This document shows, piece by piece, positions 1 to 10,900 of a stretch of 32,940 nucleotides of DNA (position 1 is its first letter; each line of letters opens with the position of its first letter). Below the pieces are notes generated by a model. The model worked only from the letters and a program-made list of their open reading frames with translations, ran no database searches and was not told where the DNA came from. The position numbers were made by a program, and so were the translations under genes. Source of the stretch: Intoshia linei (Eukaryota; Animalia; Orthonectida); NCBI GenBank assembly GCA_001642005.1, contig LWCA01000303.1, positions 1-32,940 of the forward strand, given 5' to 3'.

Positions 1-469
1 CACTGTATAGTGTGTTTAAAGTCATTATGTGCCTACCCTTGTTTTTTTGAATATAATATATTAATTTGGCGTGATATGAACATATCCGAAGAATCATCTG
101 AAAATTGTTAATAAATAATATGTATATTGTAAATTCAATCTAATTTCAATATCTATCAGTTTAAAATATATATAAAAACCTTTTCTTATTTTTATCATAT
201 TCTTCATTAAAACACCCCTTTCGTATTTTTAAAAAATTTTGAATACATTTATGTACGTTTCGTTTGAAATTTTCTTATATTTTGAATCCACCTATATACG
301 TATCGGCTAAAATCTACTGATTTCATGAATGCGTGTATACGTAAAACATGAAATTTGCTTATTTCATCATTATATCTTTCAAGAATTGACACAATAGGGT
401 AAAATATATCAAAATATAAAAATTCAATCATTCTAATTATTACAAAATTAATGTAAAAAACCCTATATA

Positions 470-569
470 AAATGGTGTAATGGATAAATTTCGTGAAATT
501 AAATTTACATGTATATGTGGAGTGGATAAATTTACATATATATGTGTAATGCATTCCTCAAAGGGTTAA
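470..569. mobile_element. piggyBac-like element right end (...AAAGGG|TTAA) with subterminal repeats
   Basis: aaaggg ends at 565 and is followed by ttaa (566-569). It is preceded by duplicated tggataaattt / tacatatatgtg motifs. The left end was not identified. Confidence 0.4.
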
Positions 570-1344
570 TAATAATTATCAATTTAAACTGATAAAATTT
601 TTTGTTGAAGTTTCTATAGTGCACCATAAAAGTTGCAAGGACTTTTTTATGACCAGTTCAGAGTGAATTATGTGTAAATTTTTTTTATTTTGTCGCAAAT
701 GGAGTATACATCAATTTGTAAAGTTTTTTTGTAAAATCTTCATCTTTCATTCTCTCTTAGTTTTTTACTTCAATTTAAATTAATTTTTCTCCCTTGCACT
801 GCTTATTTATATAACCTAAATATTTATTTAAGTTTTGGACATACTCATTCACTTTTCATTGCAGCTATATCGATGTCGGTGTTGACATAAGTAAGCAATA
901 ATTAAATGTCTTATCGTTAGGGCAAGTATAAGTCCAAAATTTCACATATTAATCAAAAAATTACTGCTAGTATCATGAATATTAGCCAATCAAAAATATA
1001 ATTAGTATTCTATAAAGTCGAAAAAGTAAGAATTTGGGAATAATTACTAATTAGTACAGAAAGACGTCATTTTTTATTTCGTTAAACCAATTTATTTCAA
1101 TATGCGCACAGTTAAAAATTGAAAACGAGCTATACATCGTTTTACGGAGGTCAGGCAAATCTAATTTTTTTCTTGAAAGAATGATTGCAATTCAAACAAC
1201 TGCATTACAGATTGTATGACATTTACATCGATATTATTATTCAAAAGCTCAACTTTAGGTTTAATAGAATTAAACCAATTAAATTAAATTAAAGAAGTTA
1301 GAAATTCAATCATTTATTTTTTACCAAATATATTACTAACAATT

Positions 1345-1393
1345 TCGCGGGCCATATAATATGATCTGGCGGGCCACGTTTTAGACCACCTTG
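1345..1393. mobile_element. degenerate hAT (Charlie/Buster-like) MITE right end
   Basis: cgcgggccatat...ggcgggccacgttttagaccacct: the GCGGGCC subterminal repeats and terminal motif are typical of Charlie-type MITEs. Confidence 0.45.
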
Positions 1394-1607
1394 TCTTATA
1401 TGAACGTAAATACTTTCTACACAAATTTAAGGATGTACATGATCAATGTTATTAACATATAATAGACAATTTAGTCAAAATTTGAAATTATTTAGTTTGA
1501 CTTTTTAATTAATTTTGTATGAAGGTATAATTTTAGAAAAGGAAAAAATTATGGAAATTTTTTTTTTGAAACAATTTACGACCTGATTTGTTCATACATA
1601 TATTTAG

Positions 1608-2690
1608 ATAAATACGAGAAAGGAGATGTGAAAAATTTATTGGATAATGAAGCTCAAGTTAAAGACGATATTGTTTTTTCAAGTGATGCAACATTTGACA
1701 GTAGTGATGATTTCGATACAAGCTTTATTGATGACGATTCTATGTCTATTGATGGTGTGTTTTTTTTATTCATTTTGAATTGACCAACTCTTAAATAATA
1801 CTTTTAATTTGAAAATACATTTCAATGCTTTTAACTTTAATACCACCTTCAAAGATAAACACGCCAATAAAATTTTCCTAACTTTTCCTATTTCGAATTT
1901 AATCAAAATCGAATAAAATGTTTTATTTATAACTACAAATATCTTTACAATATCCAATTAAGTTTATAAATGCTCACCAAATTTTCATATTATATTCATA
2001 CAATATGTGACAAGTTTATATTTTAAAATTGTTTCTAGTACCCTTATTTTAGAATTGAAATATAATTATATTTGTGTTTAGAGCTGTCTATAATTAATCA
2101 TTGAAATTATAATTAATTAACTACGTTTTGACCTCTTGTTATTTTAATAATTTTAAATCAATCATTAGCGTGTTGTCAACAAATTTAATTCATAACTTTG
2201 GGTCAAAAATCAAGGGAAAGTATTATCATGTTACATAGTTTTTAAAAATGTAGAAAACGAATCAAAACACAAATGTATAACACTATATATAAAATAAAAT
2301 AGAGATATCTCAAAAGAAAAATATTTATAACGACGAAAGAGAAAAATTGGGTGAATATCATTCCGTAAAATGCAGACTTAAAAAGTTGACAAAAACTGTC
2401 GAAAATATGAAAAAAATGGATGTATTTTCACAATCAGTTGTATACGACTCTAGTTATGTAGCTGACAGTTTTGTTGTAAATGATGACGAAATTTCTGGTA
2501 ACATTTAAATAGCATACAATAATATTATTTGTTAAAAATAAGCTTTATTTAAGATACCCATTACTGAAAAACTGACTTATATTTTTTAGATTCTCCAAAA
2601 TACAATTTTGTAAATAAAATGAAAAAACAAAAGTCTAAAAAAAAACGTAAAAGAAATAGAATTTTAAACTTTAATGATAGTGATACCTAA
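1608..2690 (+). CDS. FANCM: FANCM-like protein, last three exons (5' part not resolved or outside the window)
   Basis: Exons 1608-1754, 2303-2497 and 2590-2690 join in frame with GT-AG. They give LLDNEAQVKDDIVFSSD..DTSFIDDD, DVFSQSVVYDSSYVADSFVVNDDE and KKKRKRNRILNFNDSDT*. These are collinear with FANCM MM3-region motifs (FLDDEAE..SSDE..DFLND; IFSQIP..DETYLEDSFCVDEEE; KKLSRII..DDSS). Confidence 0.7.
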
Positions 2691-2805
2691 TTGTAAATAT
2701 TTTTGTAAATAAATTTCTAAAGAATTGTGTCAAATGTATCATGGAGAAAAATAATACATGAACTTTTTATTTAGACAATTTAATTAGAGTATATTTTAAA
2801 ATAAA

Positions 2806-3459
2806 ATGACTGCACCAACTTATTGGTATTGGGCTAGAGAAAAACCAGCTACAACGAATCAGACTTATGGATATGAATACCGTGTCAAACAAAACTTGAA
2901 AAACACTGAAAAAAAGCAATTAAATTTGAGCACTCCGACACTATGTAGACACGAAAAAGGAAAATATGAACGTCCATTTTCTAATTATTCGTTCTGGCCA
3001 GCGCGACCTACAGCTGAAAATGCAAGCCAACGCCTAGAGAGTGACAAGATTAACGAAAAGGTGAAAAATTCAGAAAAAACTTGTGGAAAATATTACATTG
3101 ACAAATATCGGGCAAAACTACTAAACGAATGTCAAAAATGTAAAAAGCCGTCAAATGATCGTGAACTACAGAAGAAAATGCAAGCTTACAAAAAATGTTG
3201 CGGAACTAATTTTTCTACAAACAAAAATGATGCAAATTATACTGTAAGATCGAAACCCATTCAATTCTTGGTACAGCATTCAGACATTCCTCGTGGTATT
3301 ATAGTTACACGTCGATTACCAAAAAGAAGCAATATAGACGAAACAGAGTTAAAAACACAAGAAAACTTTGAACGAGTGCAGCTTTGGCATACTTTAGCAG
3401 GTTGCTTGGTCAACGTCTACCCGTCTACTGAACATGTTAAAGTTAACTACGAAAATTAA
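2806..3459 (+). CDS. intronless 217-aa basic protein of unknown function
   Basis: Longest uninterrupted ORF in the window, with raised GC relative to its flanks and an ATG in an aaataaaATG context. No family recognised. Confidence 0.7.
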   Translation: MTAPTYWYWAREKPATTNQTYGYEYRVKQNLKNTEKKQLNLSTPTLCRHEKGKYERPFSNYSFWPARPTAENASQRLESDKINEKVKNSEKTCGKYYIDKYRAKLLNECQKCKKPSNDRELQKKMQAYKKCCGTNFSTNKNDANYTVRSKPIQFLVQHSDIPRGIIVTRRLPKRSNIDETELKTQENFERVQLWHTLAGCLVNVYPSTEHVKVNYEN

Positions 3460-3482
3460 ACATTAATTTCATTTTTACATAT

Positions 3483-6400
3483 TTAAGAATCTGGTATTTC
3501 GGAATATACAACATTTGAATCCAGATCAGAATTTTGTCCGGAAAATTCTTCCATATCATTTTCTGATATCTAAATTTTTTTATCGAATTTCTAAAGGGTG
3601 AATACCTCTGTTTCAGAATCGGTATAGTTTGTATATTCAATAGATTTCAATTCTTTATCAAGGATATTATCAATGTTGTTGAATTTTCTACGACTCGTTA
3701 ACGTGTCAAATTGGTTATTTGATCTATAATGAAAATGGGTTACATTCATTTCATTAATATACAATTTGTTTGAATATTCATCGGAAGTTATATTATTTTC
3801 TTTATCTATATTCATATTTTTTAGTAAAAAAACTTTACCTATTTTTTCTTCATAAAGTTGAGACCTAAAATTAAGTTAACTAAATTAAATTGAGTTGTTA
3901 AATTCTTACCTCCTTTTGATATTGTTATATGTCTAAATATAAATAAAAGTTTTTATTATAAATCATTTTATTTACATTTGTTGTTTCTGTTTTTGTCATA
4001 TTCAGAGAATCCAACATGGAATTTAAATCTCGTTCATTTGTAGCATACGTTAAAGTTAGTCGCCTTTTTTGATAAATTGTTACGAGGCTTTGATATATTT
4101 TTAAATAACATTTAAAGTTTAATTCTAAAACAAAATTAAACATTTAAATTTACATAGTAAATACTTTTTTCTAAAATGAGGTCCAGAGATGTTTCACAGC
4201 CTTCCATGTCATGGTTCATAATTTCTCTTAAATCATATCTACATGAAAATAAGTGACTATATAAAATGTATACATTGCAAATAAATATTCCATATTTTAT
4301 AATAAACTAGCTTGACTGTTTTGTATTCGTATAAACAGCACCTAGCTCTACCGAGGACGGACTTTTCTAATTATACCAAAAATCTTGCATAAAAATGCCA
4401 CTATTCAATATAACCAATTTTTTTAAAGTAATGTTCCCTAACGTTTCAAGACAATTTTCTATTTTTAAATTCTGAAACCTTTCTATAATCTTTATTTTTG
4501 TTTTAATGAAATAATTTCCCCAAAAAAATTGTAAACAGTAAATTCTTTTGTTAAAATAAATGCTTAACCCTTTCACTGTTTAAGAACCACTGGTGGTTCT
4601 CAGTAGATTGTCTTCACACGTTTGAGAACCACGGGTAGTACTCAGTAAATATCTTGTAAAATTTTATTTTTTTAGCAAAACTTTATAGGGAGTTTTTAGG
4701 AATTTTTTTAACCAAATTTATTAATGATATCGAATAAACTAAATAATCATCAAAAAATTATAATGATTTAATTATATTATATATGATAAATAGGCTATAG
4801 ATGTTCATGTTTTAGATTGTAGCAAGCAGGGATTGGAAATAATTGATTGCAATCAATTATTTTGTATAAACCAATTGTTTGCTAAATATTAATTTTTCAA
4901 TTAATTGGTTTTTTTCATATAACTGAAAGAATATAAATTGAATCTTTTTATTGACGAATGGTTGGATGAAAAAATTAATTAAATTTTTTTTATGTAGTTC
5001 GAAAATTAAATTAATAATTATACATATAATTTATAATAACCACAACATTAAGTTGACACTGTCACGCTCGTTGTAGCGTATCAAAGTTCCACCAATGCTT
5101 TATTTATTTTCAGAAACAATTTTATTTCCAAATTCGAAGAAAAAAATAATATAAAAATATTTTCTAAATACTATTTTGCAAATAAAATATAATGCAACTA
5201 AAATAGTTTGACACTGTATAATAAAATATTAACAACTTTTCATTATTCTATGCAATTTTAGAAAAATAGAAAGCGTTTGTCACCAGAAAAATAATGTATT
5301 TAACCTACTAGCTTGATTTTTATGTAATTCAAATAAATAGCATCCTAGTATTCCTTATAACCACATGACAGTTTTTTAAAAATGATTATGATATTGTTAT
5401 TAATCTTCAATTAATTGGAAAATATTTTTTCATTTATTAATTAATTGAAAAATAATTTTTAAACATACAATTAATTGATTATTTTTCAATAATTTTTACC
5501 AATTAATTCCAATCCCTGGTAGCAAGTAGATAAAGAGATTTTTTGCAAAGTGTACATTCCATGTGGTAAAAAAAACCACCTCAAAATATGGGGGTAAAAT
5601 TCTTGAAAATATTGTAAAAACAATTTCACTAAAAACCCCCTCAAAATACGGAGAAAAAAATGTCCTAAAACCCTCTTTAAAATTCGCTAAAACCCTGTTT
5701 AATATGGTCAAAAAATTCTTTGAAGATAACTGTATGAACTGTATTTTTTTTAAAATTCTGAGACTATTTTTAATTTTTAAAAAAGGTAATTTGTGGTTTT
5801 GGGCATGCAAATGTAACTTTTTGAAATTTAAATTTATGACAATGTTCATGATTCTAAAATATATATCAGACTCAATATTTTTTTAAACTATATGACTCGT
5901 TTTTTTTATAAAAAAGGATAATTAGGATTTTTGACTCGTAAGATGTAAATTTCTGAGATTGAAATTTATCTTATTTTCACCACCGGAAAAAAATGTACTA
6001 GAAATATTAAATTTTTAAAATTTTAAGACTCTTAGTTATTGAAATAAATAATAACAGACAGACAAAGAAAAAGTTATATATCTAAGTTAGAATGTTAAGG
6101 GGCAATCAACATTGGGAAGTATTTTAATGAAAAATTTTCAGTATTTTCAACAAAAATTGTCAGTATAAATTTTAAAATGTCAGTATGCAATTACATATTT
6201 GTCAGTTTTTAATTTAAATACTGACAATCAATTATTTATACTAATACCTACAATACTGAAAATCCATTATATCAACTGACAATTCAATATTTCTACTGAC
6301 AAACCATTTAAAATACTGACACTTTACAGATTAAAATACTGACGCGATAAATACAAGCCATCAACATTTCAGTACAAACAAAAATATGTTTATCAATTAA

Positions 6401-7787
6401 AATTGTTCAGAGTCAAGAGACCCGTGGAGAGAACGCTTGCTAAATTTTAAAAACGTTTTTTCGTTTCTAGGAGATCGAGCATGGCGGGTTAGGCTAAATA
6501 ATATATAATGTACTCTGAAATGGAGGGAAATTTTTTGGAAAATAAATTGAAGGCATCATCAAAATTAATATAATCCAAATTTTCTGCGCCTTTTTTGTAG
6601 TAATGCATTGCCTGCAAGGTTTGACGAAAGTTCATCTAAAATAATTGAAAATATAATATATTTCAAATTTATTTTTACTTTTATGCTGGTATCAGGGCCC
6701 ATTTGACTATATGCCACTATATATCATGCCCCCGAAAATAGACTATTCTATTATAAAAATAAAATTTACATTAATATGTATATTAATGTAGATTTACACG
6801 ATTTCACAAAAAGTGCTGTCAAAAGGCGGTATTAATTTTTATTTCAGAATTTAAATAAAGAAATAATTACATTGTAGTAATTTCCTTTTTTTCGAAAAAA
6901 CCAGCTGACCAATTCAATTAGGGCATACGACTTTATAAAACAGACAGCACATTACGCTTCCATTATATAAACTATATGGGGAAATCGGGCTGCGACACTA
7001 CTTGACTATACCTGTAATACAGACCTTTTTGAGCAATTTTATAAAAATAATAAAATTATAATAACATTTAAGATACGTGTTTAAAATATTACGTCTGTAT
7101 TAATATTATTGGTAGATTCAACACCATTGAAATACTTTTTTAGAAATTGATCAGCCCTGGAAATACTGAGACGCGTATTAAAATTTTCCTTATCAAAGGC
7201 ATTCTCGTTGCATGTAAGTTTAAGATATTTGTCTACAATAGCAGCTAAGAGAGGTTCACTATACAAATCTTGGTAATTTCCTTCATCAATATTTAACTGA
7301 CGTTTAATTTCTTCACGTTTAGGTCCCAAGTTCTTTTTAAAAAAATATTAAAAAATCATTAATTAACAAACGTATTGAACATCTGTTTTGTATAAGCAAT
7401 GGGTAGAACAAAACTTCATAGAAATTAAAAAATCATTGACGAGTCCAACCAACAATTGACCTTAAATAATTGTTATTTTTATTTTTTAAATTTTTAGTTA
7501 CCATTTGAGACGTTATGAATGCGTATATCCCGATTTTGAATTGTATCATTTGATTCAGTCTATAAATGTTTGATTAACTAATTTGATTAACAATTAAAAA
7601 CGTCATATTTATTATCGGGGTTTTCAATAGCGTTAAATATATCGTAGCGTAAATTTTTCTAAATATAAAATTAAGTTTAAAAAACAAACATTTTAATAAC
7701 CTTTAATTCGTTCAATTTACCATTCTTGTTTAGATACGAAAATACTAAATTATCTAACGAGTCTTCATCGTCATCGTGTTGACTCAT
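3483..7787 (-). CDS. CEP43: centrosomal protein CEP43/FGFR1OP (FOP): N-terminal TOF/LisH dimerisation domain and acidic C-terminus
   Basis: Exons 7787-7701, 7658-7602, 7559-7502, 7460-7372 and 7332-7093 (introns 39-42 nt) give MSQHDDDEDSLDNLVFSYLNKNGKLNELKKNLRYDIFNAIE...NGQLLVGLVNDFLISMKF...REEIKRQLNI...EPLLAAIV. This matches FOP (LRDLLVQTLENSGVLNRIKAELRAAVFLALE...DGRLVASLVAEFL...RENLARDLGI...PLLLEVI). After a ~2.7 kb intron, further exons from 4366 end ISENDMEEFSGQNSDLDSNVVYSEIPDS* (TAA 3485-3483). The 3' exon junctions are less certain. Confidence 0.8.
4564..4650 (+). mobile_element. piggyBac-like MITE left end
   Basis: TTAA|CCCTTT at 4564-4573, then the palindrome agaaccactggtggttct and a degenerate direct repeat tttgagaaccacgggtagtactcagta. 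Confidence 0.55.
4827..5518. mobile_element. hAT MITE (692 bp) with perfect 8-bp TSD GTAGCAAG
   Basis: TIR CAGGGATTGGAA(A/T)TAATTG matches 18/19. TSD gtagcaag lies at 4819-4826 and 5519-5526. Subterminal CAATTAATTG repeats are present. Confidence 0.92.
5730..6092 (-). mobile_element. Helitron-like non-autonomous repeat, copy 1 (3' truncated)
   Basis: Shares cgtaagatgt..ttgaaatttatctta..ccggaaaaaa..tagttattgaaataaa..cagaca..taagttag with the other copies. Confidence 0.65.
6115..6360. repeat. MITE-like element built of TACTGAC/GTCAGTA motifs; inverted copy at ~10945-11105
   Basis: More than 10 actgac/gtcagt motifs. aaaatactgacgcgataaatacaagcc is the reverse complement of ggcttgtatttatacgtcagtattt near 10948. 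Confidence 0.6.
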
Positions 7788-7925
7788 GATTTATTTTGTT
7801 TTTAATTTGTCATATTTTAGTTTTATAATTTCAAAAATGTAATTTTATAAAGTGGTATTAATAAAGTTACACAATTACAATGTTGATTCATTTTTACCAA
7901 TTTTGTCCATAGTAATCACACTTAT

Positions 7926-10900
7926 CTACACTTGAGGTTTCCAAATAAACAATATTACATTTCTATTAAAGTTAAAATTAAAAGATTAAAAAATAATTAT
8001 CCTATTTTTCTTTTTTAATTTTTAAGGTACTTAAATTTTATATATTTTGGGGCATAGATAAAGGGAATTTTAGTGGTATTGTTCAATATCTCGAAAATAT
8101 ATAAAGTGAATCGCAAATAAGAATTGACCAGACCTGATATATCAACCTCAAATAATGTTCGTGAAGAAATTTCCTTTGGTTTATAATATACACTATCAAA
8201 CCAATCACCCTTAACCTTAGTTAAAATTATAAAAATTAGTAAATGAAAGCATTTTGTAATATTTATTTATGTATAATATTCATTAAAATATTGTTCATAC
8301 ACATGTACTCTTTATGTATTGATTCTAAGGTCTTTGAGTTGACTTTATCGTGTTTTTTTTTGTTTAAATTCTAAAATTAAAACTGATAACTGATGAATTT
8401 TTTAAATTAATTTAATTAATAATTAAGTGTTTAATGATGGTTCAATATTTAATGTTATAAAAGGATTAATCATTTATAAATGAATTGAATATGCTTATTG
8501 GGCTGTTAGTTTTTGACAAAATTTTAGATTGACAGAATTCCACCCATACCTTAAAGACGTTAGTCAACAATTTCTAAAAAAAAAGTATACCTTTTTTTAA
8601 AAATTCATTTAGGGTAAATATTTTTTAAGAATTGAGAGTTCTGTTAGCATTATATATGTTATTACTATGGAAAATATAAAAAATTAGAAAGAAAGTAAAA
8701 AAAGTCCAAATTTCACATCAATTAAAAAATAGATTGGAAAAAATAAAAAATATAATAAATTACATCAATTTCAACATTTTCTAATTTTTGCATTATATCC
8801 GTTTTCTCTCGATGAATTATTCTACAAAATTTTATTTGATCATCACATTGAGTTTTTAATTTGCTATTTTGGGTTTTAACATAATTTTGTTGTAATCTAT
8901 GAAATAATAAATTAAACGCAATTAATCCTTTCCTTTGAGTGTGTCTGTTCCCGATTATTTAAAAAACTATGTAACCTAGAATTTAAAAAAACGTTTTGCA
9001 AGATTTATGCAATATCATACAATTAATATTAATTGTAAAAAATTGACAACTGCACGACCATAAAATAACAAAATTCCATTTTGCAATGAAAAAAATTCCG
9101 AAGGAATGAATTATATAGATTTTCACCCATATTTCTTTATTGAAAATGTGTAGAGGTTCACTGCACATTTTTTTTAAAATTGTAGGATCAATATTTACAT
9201 TTTCAATTTTTATTTTAATGGAAATATATGAAAAATATTGGTTGATAATATATTAAAAATTATTTCTCATCGGGAATGCGTAGATTTCTCGGGTTTAACT
9301 TGCGTATTCATATCAACTGGAATAAGCCTATCAGAATAATTTTTTTTTTTAATTTTCGAACCGTTAATTATTTCACATTTTTTGTTTTAATATTATATTT
9401 CGAAAAAAAAATATGAATACTAAAATGCTTTTTTGACCGTGAAATCGTATCTTATTCGGATTGAAATTTTATGTGTGTCAACAGGATACAACTGTACCAC
9501 CTGTATTTTTTTAAATTCTAGAGCTGTTTTCATAAAAAAAGGGTAATTTGGGGTTTTGGCTCTGAAGATATAATTTTTTTAAATTTAAATTTATGATAAT
9601 GTTTATTAAAATCCGTATCACCGTATATATTTTTTTAAATTTTCCAACTCGTTGATTTTCAAAAAGAGGGACAACTAGGGTTTTTGACCCGTAAGATGTG
9701 AAATTGGAAGGTTGGAATTTATCTTATTATATGTCCCGAAAAAAACTGTAATTGAAATGTGGTCTTTAAAAAGTTCTAAGAGTGGTAGTTATTTCAATAA
9801 AGTGGAACACACAGACAGACAGACAAACAAAAATCGCGTAGCCTTTTATATAAGTTAGGATTTGCATCTTCCAATTTTTTCAAAAAATTTAGATATTCAA
9901 AATTTTGAGTAAGAATTCAAAAATCTACATTTTAATCTCAGAAATTGACCAATTTGTGTTTTGCCATTTACAACATATTACATTTATTATTTACTAAAAT
10001 TTAGTTTAGATTTAGTCTAAATCAGAGGTATGGAAAATTCAGCCTTGTGAACAAATTAATTATTTTTCATTTAAAATTATTTTAGTTACTACATTTTTAA
10101 AATATTAATTTTTGGTAAAATGAGATTTTTCAGAAAAATATTGGTATATAAGGATATTTCCTTTAAGGGTTAGTAAAATTAGTTTTTTTTTGAGATCAGA
10201 TGGAGATACTTTTTTCCTTAAGGGTTAGTAAAATTTTGGTTTTTCTTCATAAGATTTTACTAAATTGAATAAAATATGCTAAAAATATATCATTCACCTT
10301 AATCATCTAAAATTTTTGCATTCAACCCCTAATACAATTATTCACCCCTGATTCACCATAAGAAGCATTGCTGTATTTGATTAAATTTTGTTTAGAAAGC
10401 TGAGGCCTTATTAATTTTTTTTGGGACATTACTGTTGCTTTCCAACAGTAAATGCTTCCCCACCTCTGGTCTAAATCTTATTTCGATTCGAAGTAATATT
10501 TCGAAGAACCCAGTAAGCCTGGATGCACACATAATTTAAACAAACTTTGATGTAAGCAAAAATTTACTGGTTCTTTTTTAAAATGTGCTTAAATTTATCG
10601 TAAATTGTCACCATTTCAGTCTTGTAGGTATAAATTAATTTGTCTCGTTTGTCAATGTCTATTTCTAAATATAAATTAAATTAATTTATACTTGTAAATA
10701 TAAATTGTACAAGTGTAGTTAAATCCTTAAATAGTATTTGAAAATGTTGTGTAAACAGAGTCGTGGAAAGCCAGCATATACAATTGTAGCCCCTATAAAA
10801 AATTTAAAAAAATGGGACCTCTATACATTGCTTAATCGATCGTTCATTATCTAAAAATTAAAAATACTGTTGGAATTCACATTGTTTATCGAAATTTTTG

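Noticed and set aside
2254-2274. Candidate micro-exon of FANCM (ag|AAAACGAATCAAAACACAAAT|gt)
   Set aside because: Inclusion creates TAG at the junction with exon 2303. Skipping it keeps the frame.
5496-5886. Overlapping ORFs 5496-5849 (-) and 5563-5886 (+)
   Set aside because: They lie in repeat-derived intronic DNA, have low-complexity F/K/I composition and show no transposase motifs.
6901-7030. Firm call as U11 snRNA or SL RNA
   Set aside because: There are only short resemblances and no canonical Sm site. It is kept as an unassigned candidate.
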